Origin: Candidatus Multivorans sp.
GTDB taxonomy: Bacteria; Acidobacteriota; Thermoanaerobaculia; Multivoradales; Multivoraceae
Direction: 5' to 3'
NCBI GenBank assembly: GCA_965224025.1
Contig: OZ245033.1
Coordinates: forward strand, 480,001 to 544,000
DNA: 64,000 nt
Shown here: positions 1-10,785 of the stretch, piece by piece
Position numbering within the stretch: position 1 is the first letter of the stretch
How the letters are laid out: each line of letters begins with the position of its first letter
Notes under the pieces: model-generated
What the model saw: only the letters and a program-made list of their open reading frames with translations
The model's database searches: none
What the model was told of the DNA's origin: nothing
Position numbers and translations under genes: made by a program

Positions 1-150
1 TTCGGCGGCTGGAAGCAGTCGCTGTTCGGCGACACCCACATGTACGGGCCCGAGGGGGTCCACTTCTACACGAAGGCCAAGGTGGTCACCGCGCGGTGGC
101 CGGATCCGGCGGAGAGTCAGGTGGACCTGGGGTTCCCGCGGAACCGGTAG
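1..150 (+). CDS. mmsA: C-terminal end of a CoA-acylating methylmalonate-semialdehyde dehydrogenase (partial at window edge)
   Basis: Frame 1 reads [34 protein letters not shown]...*, the typical MMSDH C-terminus. Confidence 0.85.
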   Translation, partial: FGGWKQSLFGDTHMYGPEGVHFYTKAKVVTARWPDPAESQVDLGFPRNR

Positions 151-183
151 GCACGCGGCAGTTCCTCCCCGGAGGCGGCCGGA

Positions 184-495
184 TCATGCTGGCCGGGCCT
201 CGTAGCGTTGGACGTCGATCTCCCCTGCGCGAGCGCGTACGCGCGAAGCGTCGTACCAAGCCTGCATCCTCAGCAACGTATCCATGCTCACGCCGAAGGC
301 CTTCTCGATACGCAGGGCCATTTCCGCCGAAAGAGCCGAGTTTCCGTTCAACAGATCCGAGAGCGTAGCCCTGCGCACGCCGAGAATCTCGGCAGCCTTC
401 GTGACGTTCAGGCCCAGCTCCTCGATGATCTCTGTGCGAATGAAATCGCCAGGGTGGGAAGGCGTCATCTTCACGTTGACTCCGGTGCTCGCCAT
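184..495 (-). CDS. higA: HigA family addiction-module antitoxin (HTH)
   Basis: HPGDFIRTEII...AAEILGVRRATLSDLLNG...SAEMALRIEKAFG; its ATG overlaps the upstream TGA (TGATG at 493-497). Confidence 0.9.
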   Translation of the reverse strand: MASTGVNVKMTPSHPGDFIRTEIIEELGLNVTKAAEILGVRRATLSDLLNGNSALSAEMALRIEKAFGVSMDTLLRMQAWYDASRVRARAGEIDVQRYEARPA

Positions 496-584
496 CAGTG
501 GCAGTCCTCCAGATTCAAGCGGTCTACGTAGTCGTCCGTTTCTTCGAACGTGATGCGCCAGTTGCCGGAGACCGAGACGCTCCA
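495..584 (-). pseudogene. higB: C-terminal remnant of HigB (RelE/ParE-like killer) toxin
   Basis: Unannotated frame reads WSVSVSGNWRITFEETDDYVDRLNLEDCH*; the frame is closed by a stop shortly upstream and has no start codon. Confidence 0.8.
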
Positions 585-949
585 TGGGGTTCCTTGCCCT
601 CTTCGGGATGAACCTCGCGGACGGTCACGGACGGGGATTCACCTGCCTCGTACGTGAACGCGTACTTCAGGGCCTTGCGGTTCTCCTCGGGCACCGGGTC
701 CACGTGTGTGGCAAGTTCAGGCCCGTCGAAGACGTTGATCTTGCAGAACTCCTCGCCCTGGCACACGCGCTTCCCCATCTGAACCCAGTCCTCCATCTTC
801 GTGTCGGGCCGAATCCAGGCGCCCCAGGCGAGGCCCGTCAAGCCGACCGGATTGAGCGGCGGCGGGGAACCGCCCTGTTGCTGTCCGAAGGCCGCAACGG
901 ACAGGAAGAAGATCGTGCTGATGGCCAGAACGTGAGTGCGTCGGTTCAC
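524..949 (-). CDS. Hypothetical secreted protein
   Basis: Signal-peptide-like N-terminus ending VAAFG/QQQ; Cys pair CQGEEFC; the last ~20 codons run over the higB remnant. Confidence 0.6.
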   Translation of the reverse strand: MNRRTHVLAISTIFFLSVAAFGQQQGGSPPPLNPVGLTGLAWGAWIRPDTKMEDWVQMGKRVCQGEEFCKINVFDGPELATHVDPVPEENRKALKYAFTYEAGESPSVTVREVHPEEGKEPHGASRSPATGASRSKKRTTT

Positions 950-1169
950 GGAGAGTCACCTCATCGGGCCGAAGTCTGTCGGTAGAAGAGTTCCTGCCTC
1001 GCAACTCTACCCGGGCCGTGCTAGGGGGTCTCCCGCCGTGGCCGGCGACCGCTTCTGAGCATCGGTCGCGTCGTCCTTTCGCAGTTTGCTGGCTGGATGG
1101 CCGCGCAGGAGCCTCGCCGAGCGGTACAGTGCGGCGCACCGGTAGGACGAGGCACGGAGGAGCACGGCC

Positions 1170-2237
1170 ATGGAGTTCTGGACTAAAACCGTCGCCGCAC
1201 CGACCCGCGGCGCCGAGTTCGCCCTCGAGGCCGAGGACCGGGGCTGGGACGGCATCGACGTCGTCGACTCGCAGAACCTCTCCGGCGACCCCTACGTTTC
1301 TCTCGCCCTGGCGGCGACGACGACCAGGAAGCTGGGGGTCGCGACTTCGGTGACGAACCCGGTCACGCGGCACCCGGCGGTTACGGCATCCTCGGCCCTC
1401 TCCGTGCAACTGGTGTCACGGGGCCGGATGGTGCTCGGCATCGGCCGCGGCGACAGCGCGCTGGCGCACCTCGGCCGAGCGCCCGCGCGCCTGGGATGGT
1501 TCGAGAACCACCTCGTCAACCTGCAGGCGTACCTGCGCGGCGAGGAAGTGGCGTTCGAGGACACGAGCATTGCGGACGAAGCCGCGCCGCTTGCCGAGAA
1601 GCTCGGATTGGCGCACGGTCCCTCGGCCAGCTCGATCCGCTGGATCGGCGACTGGCCCAAGGTGCCAGTCGAGGTCGCGGCAACCGGTCCGAAGGTGATC
1701 GGGATCGCCGCCCGCCAGGCCGACCGGGTCATGCTCGCAGTCGGCGCCGATCCGAAACGCGTTGCGTGGGGCATCGAGACGGCGCGCAACGCCGCCGCGG
1801 AGGCTGGCCGCGATCCGGACTCGCTCCGGTTCGGCGCCTATGTGAACCTCGTCTGCTGCGACGACCCGGCAGTCGGCCGCGAACTCGGTCGGGCGACCAC
1901 CGGCCTGTTCGCCCGCTTCTCGGTCATGTACGGCGAGATCGCCGGGCCCGCCGACGAGCGTGAGGCGGACGTGTTCCACAAGCTCCACGACAGCTACGAC
2001 ATGAACGCCCACGGTCGGGCAGGCGGACAGCAGACGGCCGCGCTGACCGACGAGTTCATCGACGGTTACGCGATCATCGGCCAGCCCGATCACTGCGCGG
2101 CGCGGATCGAGGCGCTGCTCGAGCTCGGAGTCGACAAATTCGCGGTCACCGGACCCAACTTCGCGTCGCCGAGCCCGCCGGCCCGGGAGGCCGCGGAGCG
2201 GTTCACGGAGGACGTCCTGCCCCGGTTGCGGGGGTAG
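1170..2237 (+). CDS. LLM class flavin-dependent oxidoreductase (luciferase/Mer-like)
   Basis: AEDRGWDGI..DSQNL, VTNPVTRHP, GIGRGDS, AATGPK motifs; RBS GGAGGAG. Confidence 0.9.
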   Translation: MEFWTKTVAAPTRGAEFALEAEDRGWDGIDVVDSQNLSGDPYVSLALAATTTRKLGVATSVTNPVTRHPAVTASSALSVQLVSRGRMVLGIGRGDSALAHLGRAPARLGWFENHLVNLQAYLRGEEVAFEDTSIADEAAPLAEKLGLAHGPSASSIRWIGDWPKVPVEVAATGPKVIGIAARQADRVMLAVGADPKRVAWGIETARNAAAEAGRDPDSLRFGAYVNLVCCDDPAVGRELGRATTGLFARFSVMYGEIAGPADEREADVFHKLHDSYDMNAHGRAGGQQTAALTDEFIDGYAIIGQPDHCAARIEALLELGVDKFAVTGPNFASPSPPAREAAERFTEDVLPRLRG

Positions 2238-2262
2238 GCGCCGCCGCCGGCCAAACCGTCGG

Positions 2263-2300
2263 TTCGCGCCGGATGCGGGCAGGATGCCCGCGTTCCCAGG
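2263..2300 (+). repeat. REP-like palindromic repeat copy
   Basis: TTCGCGCCGGATGCGGGCAGGATGCCCGCGTTCCCAGG between convergent genes; related copies elsewhere in the window. Confidence 0.85.
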
Positions 2301-2321
2301 AACGGAGCACCGGCCGGCGGT

Positions 2322-3566
2322 TCACGCGTTCCGCTTGATGTCCCGGAACGGGCCCTTGTCGGCGCGGAATCCCTTCGGCATCCCGAGGACGCGCTCGGAG
2401 ATGATGTTGCGCTGAATCTCGTCCGTGCCGCCGGCGATCGAGATCGCGGGCACGGAGACCAGGATCTCGGCGACGATGCCGTCCGCCGCCGATTCGGGGC
2501 CGCTCAGCATGGCGTCAGCGCCCGAGATCATCGTGTGGACCAGCGACGCCTGGCGGGCGATGACGCTGGCCGCGAGCTTGCCGATCGACCCGGCGGGGAT
2601 GATGTCGGTCGTCCCGGCCTTGCGCTTCGCCTCGGCGCTGTCGGACGCGAGTCGCGCCCCGGTGGACAGGCAGATCAGCTTCGCGATCTCCTGCCGCACC
2701 GCCGGATCCTGGATCGCGCCGGTCTCTCGCGCGCGCGGCAGCACGAGATCGACCCGGCCCTCGCGTTGCGGATACCAGGTGTAGGGCTCGGTGGCGATCC
2801 GGATCTCCTCTTCGTACTCCGCGTAGATGGGCCCCTGCTTCGGGCCTTCGAGCGAGGACCCCCGGACCCGGCGGCTGAAGCCGCGGCGTTCGAAGGACAG
2901 CGTGGTCGAGGCGACGTGCCAGCCGGCGCCCTCGCCGCCGATCAGGTCCTCGGGACGCACGACGGCGTTCGACATGAACACCTCGTTGAACGACTGGTGC
3001 CCGTTCATCTGCTTGAGCGGCCGCGCCTCGACCCCCGGCTGCCGCATGTCGAGCAGGAAGTAGCTGATCCCCTGGTGCTTCGGGACATCCCAGTCGCTGC
3101 GCGCGACCAGGAGCCCGAAGTCCGCGTGGTGGGCGCTCGTGTTCCAGACTTTCTGGCCGTTGATGATCCACTTCCCTTCCACGAGTTCCGCCCGAGTGCT
3201 CAGGCCGGCCAGATCGGAGCCGCTGCCGGGCTCGCTGAAGAGCTGGCACCAAGTGTGTTCGCCGGTAAGTATGGGCCGGAGGAACCGCCGCTTCTGGTCG
3301 TCCGACCCGCAGGCCAGGATCGTCTCCGAGGCCAGCCCGCGAGGACCCACCTGGGCGGCCGGGACCACGTCCTTCTCTCTGAAGACTTCGGCGACCACCA
3401 CGGCCTGGTCCAGCGTGAAGCCGCGGCCGTACCACTCCTCGGGCCAGTGCGGCGCCGCCCAGCCAGCCTCGAGCAGGATGTTCCGCCACTCGATCAGGGG
3501 ACGATCGGTACGCCAGTTCGCGTCGAGCCAGGCGGAAACTTCGCGCCGGATCCGTTCCGGGGTCAT
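2322..3566 (-). CDS. Acyl-CoA dehydrogenase
   Basis: WCQLFSEPGSGSDLAGL, NGQKVWNTSAH, IAGGTDEIQRNII; ATGA overlap with the upstream gene. Confidence 0.92.
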   Translation of the reverse strand: MTPERIRREVSAWLDANWRTDRPLIEWRNILLEAGWAAPHWPEEWYGRGFTLDQAVVVAEVFREKDVVPAAQVGPRGLASETILACGSDDQKRRFLRPILTGEHTWCQLFSEPGSGSDLAGLSTRAELVEGKWIINGQKVWNTSAHHADFGLLVARSDWDVPKHQGISYFLLDMRQPGVEARPLKQMNGHQSFNEVFMSNAVVRPEDLIGGEGAGWHVASTTLSFERRGFSRRVRGSSLEGPKQGPIYAEYEEEIRIATEPYTWYPQREGRVDLVLPRARETGAIQDPAVRQEIAKLICLSTGARLASDSAEAKRKAGTTDIIPAGSIGKLAASVIARQASLVHTMISGADAMLSGPESAADGIVAEILVSVPAISIAGGTDEIQRNIISERVLGMPKGFRADKGPFRDIKRNA

Positions 3567-4663
3567 GCCGCGCCCTCGAGCATCGTCATCATCCGTTCGC
3601 GATGGATCGCCGGGGTGCCGAGAAACACCTCGGAGGCCTTCGCGCGCTTGAACCACAGGTGGGTGTCGTTCTCCCATGTGAAGCCGATCCCTCCCCGCAA
3701 CTGGATGCCCGCTCGCGCCGCGCTCATGTAGGCGTCGGCGGCCGCCGCCTTCGCCATGCTCGCGGCGTAGGGTTCGCCCTCGCCGGCGTCCAGGCAGCGC
3801 GCGGAGTGGTAGGTCAGCGCACGCGCCAGTTCGATCTCTACAGCCAAGTCGGCGCAGCGGTGCTTGAGCGCCTGGAAGGAACCGATCGGCCGGCCGAACT
3901 GGAACCGGTCCTTCGTGTACGCGACGGTGGACTCGAAGAGCCGCTGGGCACCGCCGATCATCTCGTGGGCCAGCGCGGAGCAGATGAGGTCCCAGATCCG
4001 GTTCAGGGTTTCGCCGCTCACCGCCCCAACCGGCCGGCCAGGAACGTCGGTGAACACCACCCGGGACAGCTTCCGGGTCGGGTCCAGGACCTCAAGCGGC
4101 TCGATCTCGAGACCCGGCGCGCCGGACTCGACCGCGTGGAGCCCGAGCCCCGAACTCGTCCCGGCCATCACCAGCAACAGGTCGGCGACGTGGGCATCGA
4201 CCACCATCGCCGCCGTTCCCGAAAGCCGACCGCCTTCCGCCGTCCGGAGCGACCCGCCGATACCGGCCAGGCTGTTCAGATCGTCGAGGACCAGCGTCGC
4301 GATCACGGAACCCGAGGCGATACCCGGCAGCAGCTCCGACCGTCCCGGCTCGTCCGCCGCCTCCAGCAGCGCGGTTCCGGCCATCACGGCCGAGGCGAAG
4401 AACGGGCCGCAGAAGAGCGTCCGTCCCATCTCCTCGGCGACGATGCCGAGGTCCACCGGCCCGCCGCCGGCGCCGCCGTGGGCCTCCGGAATGTGGACGC
4501 CGGCAAGGCCCGCGTCGCCGCAAAGCTCCTGCCACACGACCGGGTCGTAGCCGCGGTCGGAGGCCATCAACTCGCGGACGGCGGTCGTCGGCGACTTGTC
4601 GCGGAGCGCCCGCGCCACGATGTCGCGTAGAAGCTGCTGCTCCCTCGAGAACCCTGTTTGCAC
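3563..4663 (-). CDS. Acyl-CoA dehydrogenase (probable partner subunit of a heteromeric ACAD)
   Basis: RFQFGRPIGSFQALKHRCAD, GGIGFTWE..HLWFKRA. Confidence 0.9.
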   Translation of the reverse strand: MQTGFSREQQLLRDIVARALRDKSPTTAVRELMASDRGYDPVVWQELCGDAGLAGVHIPEAHGGAGGGPVDLGIVAEEMGRTLFCGPFFASAVMAGTALLEAADEPGRSELLPGIASGSVIATLVLDDLNSLAGIGGSLRTAEGGRLSGTAAMVVDAHVADLLLVMAGTSSGLGLHAVESGAPGLEIEPLEVLDPTRKLSRVVFTDVPGRPVGAVSGETLNRIWDLICSALAHEMIGGAQRLFESTVAYTKDRFQFGRPIGSFQALKHRCADLAVEIELARALTYHSARCLDAGEGEPYAASMAKAAAADAYMSAARAGIQLRGGIGFTWENDTHLWFKRAKASEVFLGTPAIHRERMMTMLEGAA

Positions 4664-4761
4664 GCTTCCTCCTCCAGTCGCTAGAGATAGAGTCTACGGC
4701 GGCCCCGGAGCCAGCATCGTACTGAGTGGCCAGACACCATCCAACTCGAACCAGGCCAGGC

Positions 4762-5424
4762 ATGCCAGAGTCCAGCCGCTTGAATTCAGGAGCCAGGGGT
4801 CGAGGCGTCACACGTCCACGCCGCACTCAGGCCGAGCGGCGGGCCGAATCCGAACGCGAGATCCTCCAGGCCGCCGCGGTTCTCTTCGGCCGCCAGGGCT
4901 ACACGTCGACCACCCTGGAGCAGATCGGGATGAAGGCCGGCTATTCGAGCGCCCTCGTGTCGCTGCGCTTCGGCTCCAAGGAGGGAATCGCCGAGGCGAT
5001 CGTCGCCCGCCTCCAGACCCGGGCCGGCAGCGAAGTATTCGAACCGGAGGAGGGGGTGACCGGCCTCGCCAGCCTGAACCGCCTGTTCAACGGCTACTCC
5101 GAGCTGCTCCGCAATGCCGAGCAGTGGATGCGCGCCCTGTTCATGCTGATGACCGACTCCCTCGGGCCCCTGAACGGGAAGATCGACCTGTTTCGCGCCG
5201 GCAACGAGAACTTCGCCGCCGCAATCGAACGAGCCGTTCGGGAAGGACAACAGGCCGGCGAGATCCGGGCCGACCTGGACCCAGCCGAAACCGCCTTCCA
5301 GGTTCTCGCTGCGGTTCGGGGAGCGACTCTTCTCTGGTTGCTTGATCCGAGGAAGGTCGACGTCGTGGAGGCGATTCAGAGGCTGCGCGTCAGCACAGTG
5401 GAGCGGCTCAGGCCCGACGAGTAG
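4762..5424 (+). CDS. TetR/AcrR family transcriptional regulator
   Basis: ILQAAAVLFGRQGYTSTTLEQIG..AGYS..LV..FGSKE HTH; divergent from the ACAD pair; start uncertain. Confidence 0.88.
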   Translation: MPESSRLNSGARGRGVTRPRRTQAERRAESEREILQAAAVLFGRQGYTSTTLEQIGMKAGYSSALVSLRFGSKEGIAEAIVARLQTRAGSEVFEPEEGVTGLASLNRLFNGYSELLRNAEQWMRALFMLMTDSLGPLNGKIDLFRAGNENFAAAIERAVREGQQAGEIRADLDPAETAFQVLAAVRGATLLWLLDPRKVDVVEAIQRLRVSTVERLRPDE

Positions 5425-5474
5425 CCCCTCCACGGGAAGGAACTGCCACCCGGAACGGGTTGCTCCAGACGTCG

Positions 5475-6808
5475 AACGCCGTTTTCGTCGACGAAGCCGA
5501 GATCGCCGCGTGGCACGCGAAGTTCCCACAGCCCTATAAGCGCGAGGAGTACCTTGGTCTCTACGCCGACGTCCACGGCACGCCGGAAGAGCCCCACAAC
5601 CGCCACATCCACGAGCTGGCACGCACGGCCTCAAGCGCGTCGGCCGCCACGGCAGGTTCTCCGCCATGGGCGTGCCGCTCGTGGAACTCCCGCGCTGGAA
5701 CGACATTCAGCTACTCACCGCCCAACTCGCCCGCCGGCCGCTGGCGGACGACGATCCGGTCGAAACCGAGTTGGTCATCGGCCCACGGGCGGCCAGGCCG
5801 CTGCGCCTGCGCATCCCTATCTTCGTCAGCGACATGAGCTTCGGTGCCTTGAGCGAAGAGGCGAAGCTCGCCCTGGCGAAGGGAGCGGAGATGGCGGGCA
5901 CCGGCATCTGCTCGGGCGAGGGCGGCATGCTGCCGGAGGAGCAGCAGAGCAACACGCGCTACTTCTATGAACTCGCCTCCGGCAAGTTCGGCTGGTCGCT
6001 CGACAAAGCCGCGCTGGCGCAAGCGTTCCATTTCAAGGGCGGGCAGGGCGCGAAGACGGGTACCGGCGGGCACCTTCCCGGCGCCAAGGTGAGCGGCAAG
6101 ATCGCCGAAGTGCGGGGCCTCGAGCCGGGTACGGCGGCGATCAGCCCGTCGCGGTTTCCCGACCTCGTCTCGCCGGAGGACTTCCGCGAACTGGCCGATC
6201 AGGTCCGTGAACGAACCGCCGGCATTCCCATCGGCTTCAAGATGTCGGCCCAACACGTCGAGGACGACATCGACTTCGCGCTCGACGTGGGCGTCGACTA
6301 CATCATCCTGGACGGCCGCGGCGGCGCCACAGGAGCGGCGCCCGACATCTTCAAGGACAACATCTCGGTGCCGACCATCCCGGCGCTGGCCCGCGCCCGC
6401 CGTCATCTCGACGCGCGCGACCACGGCGAGGACGTGACCCTGATCATCACCGGGGGCCTTCGTACCGAGTCCGACTTCGTGAAGGCCCTGGCGCTGGGCG
6501 CCGACGGCATCGCCGTCGCCAACTCGGCCATCCAGGCGATCGGCTGCCTGGGCATGCGCGCCTGCCACACGAACAACTGCCCCGTCGGCATCGCGACGCA
6601 GAAACCCGAGCTGCGCGCCCGACTGCGAATCGGCTCCTCAGCCCGTCAACTGGCCAACTATCTCGAAGCCACGGTCGACCTGATGAAGGTCCTGGCCCGC
6701 GCCTGCGGCCACGACGATCTTCGCCGGTTCGGCACAGGCGACCTCGTCACCTGGAAGCGCGACATGGCGGACCTCGCAGGCATTCCGTACGCCGGCGTCG
6801 GTGGCTGA
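5475..6808 (+). pseudogene. FMN-binding glutamate synthase-related protein; 5'-truncated and frameshifted near 5623 (barrel ORF 5666-6808 intact)
   Basis: DMSFGALS, GEGG, GQGAKTGTGGHLPG, CLGMRACHTNNCPVGIATQ; the upstream frame (VFVDEAEIAAW...EEPHN..IHELA) joins HGLKRVGRHGRFSAMGVP only after a 1-nt shift. Confidence 0.75.
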
Positions 6809-6820
6809 CGCGGCGCTCAG

Positions 6821-6863
6821 CGGCGCTTCGCGCCGATGCGGGCAGGATGCCCGCGTTCCCAGG
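6821..6863 (+). repeat. REP-like palindromic repeat copy
   Basis: CGGCGCTTCGCGCCGATGCGGGCAGGATGCCCGCGTTCCCAGG. Confidence 0.85.
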
Positions 6864-6901
6864 ATTCCGTGTGGAACGAGCGTCGCCAACGGGCGACGGA
6901 G

Positions 6902-6978
6902 TGGCGCACCCTGGAGGAGTCGAACCCCCAACCTTCGGATCCGTAGTCCGACGCTCTATCCAGTTGAGCTAAGGGTGC
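6902..6978 (-). tRNA. tRNA-Arg(ACG)
   Basis: GCACCCTTAGCTCAACTGGATAGAGCGTCGGACT-ACG-GATCCGAAGGTTGGGGGTTCGACTCCTCCAGGGTGCGCCA; cloverleaf with encoded CCA. Confidence 0.97.
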
Positions 6979-7279
6979 ACGGATCGCCGCGCCGCGCGAG
7001 TGGGGCACCTTACCAGCTTGTGGAGCCAACCGGGACCCCTAGCGGCCACGAGTCAGTCCGTGGCTAGCCCTCTCGGCACCGACGTCCAGCCCAGTCGGGG
7101 CAGGAGGGGTCGGCTCCCGGGTGCCTCTGAACGAGCGACGGACGACGACATCGCCCTAGCCGACGCCCTACCGAAGCGAGTGCAGCGGAGTGAGCGCAAC
7201 CCTATCCCATCTCCTCTCAAGCGCGAACGTCACCTGGGAGCTGACCCTTCTGCCCCAGAACGGGCGGGTCCTGCCAGTG

Positions 7280-8641
7280 CTAGTCGCCGGCCCCAGTCGC
7301 AGCCGCTGCAGTGTGCTCCTCGTACTCCTCCTCCGACAGGAACACGAAGTTCGTCCAACCGATCGCCATGTCGTCGACGGTCCGGTTGCCCCAGCCGACC
7401 CACGCCGTGGGATCCGGGTTGTAGGGGTTGTTCTCCGAGTTGTCGTGGTAAGAGGTCACATGCAGCACGGTGCCGGTGGGAAGCACCGGCGGGTTCTTGT
7501 ACGGATAGGCGATCTGCCAGTTGAAGTCGTCGTTCTCGATGCGCGTGAGCAGTTCGCGTCGGCCGTCGGTGTGGATCGCCTCGAGCTGCATCGCCTTGCC
7601 GCGGTAGTGCATGTGGGCCTGGAAGCTGATCAACTGGATCGGTCGGTCGAGCACGCGGTAGCCGTCGTGACGGACGTTGTCGGCGCCGGGCGGAATGGAC
7701 AGTTCGTTGTTGCGCCAGCCGCGGTTGCTGGGCAGGCCGGCGAACAGCCGTGTCGAGACGATCCGGTGCTTGGGCGCCACGCCGCGTGGATAGAAGCCGA
7801 AGCCGATTCGCGTTCGGTCCCGGATCTCCTCGCCGACCGAATGGTAGTGGCCGCTGAAACGGATTACAGCGCCGGCCATCAGCAGCTTGCCCGTGTTCTC
7901 GGCGTAGACGTCGCCCGTGTTGCCGACCGCGTACTCGATCAGCAGCGATCCCACCGGGTTGCCTTCGGCATCGCGACGGTTCGGATCGTCGTCGCGCTCG
8001 AAGAAGTCCCGGTCCACGTAGTCCGCGTCGTTCTGCATCGCGTAGACCATCGTGTGATGGACGCTCCGCCGGCCCTCCTTGCTCGGCTTGACCTCGATCC
8101 AGCGGATGTAGCGGTCTTCGGTGAGGCCGCTGTCGGCGAGGAAGTTGACGAACAGGTCCGGGCCCTCAGGCGGAACGACCATGTCCTTCTGCATTTCGAC
8201 CACGAGGTCGGGCTCGCCGTACTCCCACGCGTCGCCGTCGGGAAAGTCGATCGGCGGCGGCAGGTCGTCCGGGTTGCCGCGCGGTGCGCCCGCGTCGACC
8301 CAGGAAGTGACCAGGGCGATCTCCTCGTCGCTCAGGCTCGGGTCGGAGTCGTACTCGCCGATCGTGCGGTCGATGTGCCAGGGCGGCATCTCCCGGCTTG
8401 CCACCCGCCGCTTGATCGAGCGCGCCCAGGGCCGGGTCTGTTCGTAGGTGAGCAGCGCCATCGGCGAGGCGGTGCCCGGCCGGTGGCAGCGCTGGCAGGA
8501 GCGCTGGAGGATGGGCGCGATGTCGCGGCTGAAGGTCGGGGCTTCGCCGTCGGCCGCAGCGGCCGGCGAGGCCGCCGGGGCCGCAAGGAAGGCGTACAGC
8601 AGGATCGGCGCCGGAGTCATCGCGTGGAGAGTGCGGTTCAT
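7280..8641 (-). CDS. Secreted c-type cytochrome / copper type II monooxygenase-like protein
   Basis: Signal peptide; PTFSRDIAPILQRSCQRCH (CxxCH); MPPW; VHH, GHYH, AHMH and DDM putative Cu ligands. Confidence 0.75.
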   Translation of the reverse strand: MNRTLHAMTPAPILLYAFLAAPAASPAAAADGEAPTFSRDIAPILQRSCQRCHRPGTASPMALLTYEQTRPWARSIKRRVASREMPPWHIDRTIGEYDSDPSLSDEEIALVTSWVDAGAPRGNPDDLPPPIDFPDGDAWEYGEPDLVVEMQKDMVVPPEGPDLFVNFLADSGLTEDRYIRWIEVKPSKEGRRSVHHTMVYAMQNDADYVDRDFFERDDDPNRRDAEGNPVGSLLIEYAVGNTGDVYAENTGKLLMAGAVIRFSGHYHSVGEEIRDRTRIGFGFYPRGVAPKHRIVSTRLFAGLPSNRGWRNNELSIPPGADNVRHDGYRVLDRPIQLISFQAHMHYRGKAMQLEAIHTDGRRELLTRIENDDFNWQIAYPYKNPPVLPTGTVLHVTSYHDNSENNPYNPDPTAWVGWGNRTVDDMAIGWTNFVFLSEEEYEEHTAAAATGAGD

Positions 8642-9141
8642 GGTTCGCTCCCGGTCGTGGCCGGTTGGGGTTCGACGCAGACCCCGCGCTCGGCGGCGGC
8701 GGTGTCGATCTGCTTCGCGCGGTGGTAGGCCATGGAGATGTTCTCGATCAGGTAGAGGGGATCGATGCCGCCGCGTTCGGTGGTGGTCTGCGTGCTCTCC
8801 GCCCAGGTCAGCGTCCAGCCCAGGTTGCCCTGGTAGTCGTTCGGCTGGACGATGAGACAGACGCTGCGCTGGCGTCCCGGTTCGAAGACGGTCGGCTGGC
8901 CCCGGTCGGCGGGTCCCGGGTCGAAGCCGTTCGCTTCGCCTGCCGGAATCTCGACCGCGACCGAGTTGTGGTTGTAGTAGCCGAATACCAGCACCGCGGT
9001 CTGGTCCTCGTTCACGACGTAGCCCTCGTAAACCGGGTAGATCGGCCGGTTGGGCTGCGCGCTCGCCGGGGCCGCCGGCGCGAGCAGGGCGGCGGCGAGC
9101 AGGGCGAACGCCGGGGCGCGGATCGAGGACGGTTTCGTCAT
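8638..9141 (-). CDS. Hypothetical secreted protein
   Basis: Signal peptide; PVYEGY..NED...FGYYN..GPADRGQPTVFEPGRQ; ATGA-coupled to the cytochrome gene. Confidence 0.8.
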   Translation of the reverse strand: MTKPSSIRAPAFALLAAALLAPAAPASAQPNRPIYPVYEGYVVNEDQTAVLVFGYYNHNSVAVEIPAGEANGFDPGPADRGQPTVFEPGRQRSVCLIVQPNDYQGNLGWTLTWAESTQTTTERGGIDPLYLIENISMAYHRAKQIDTAAAERGVCVEPQPATTGSEP

Positions 9142-9159
9142 CGCACGTAGCGGGTCGAA

Positions 9160-10725
<1,566 letters not shown>

Positions 10726-10785
10726 ACGCAGGCCCTCCCTGTTCTACGCCGTGGACGGAAGGGTCATCTTAGCGCCCGCGCGGCG

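Noticed and set aside
6864-6978. tRNA-Arg as an island attachment site
   Set aside because: I found no duplicated tRNA 3' end and no integrase in the window.
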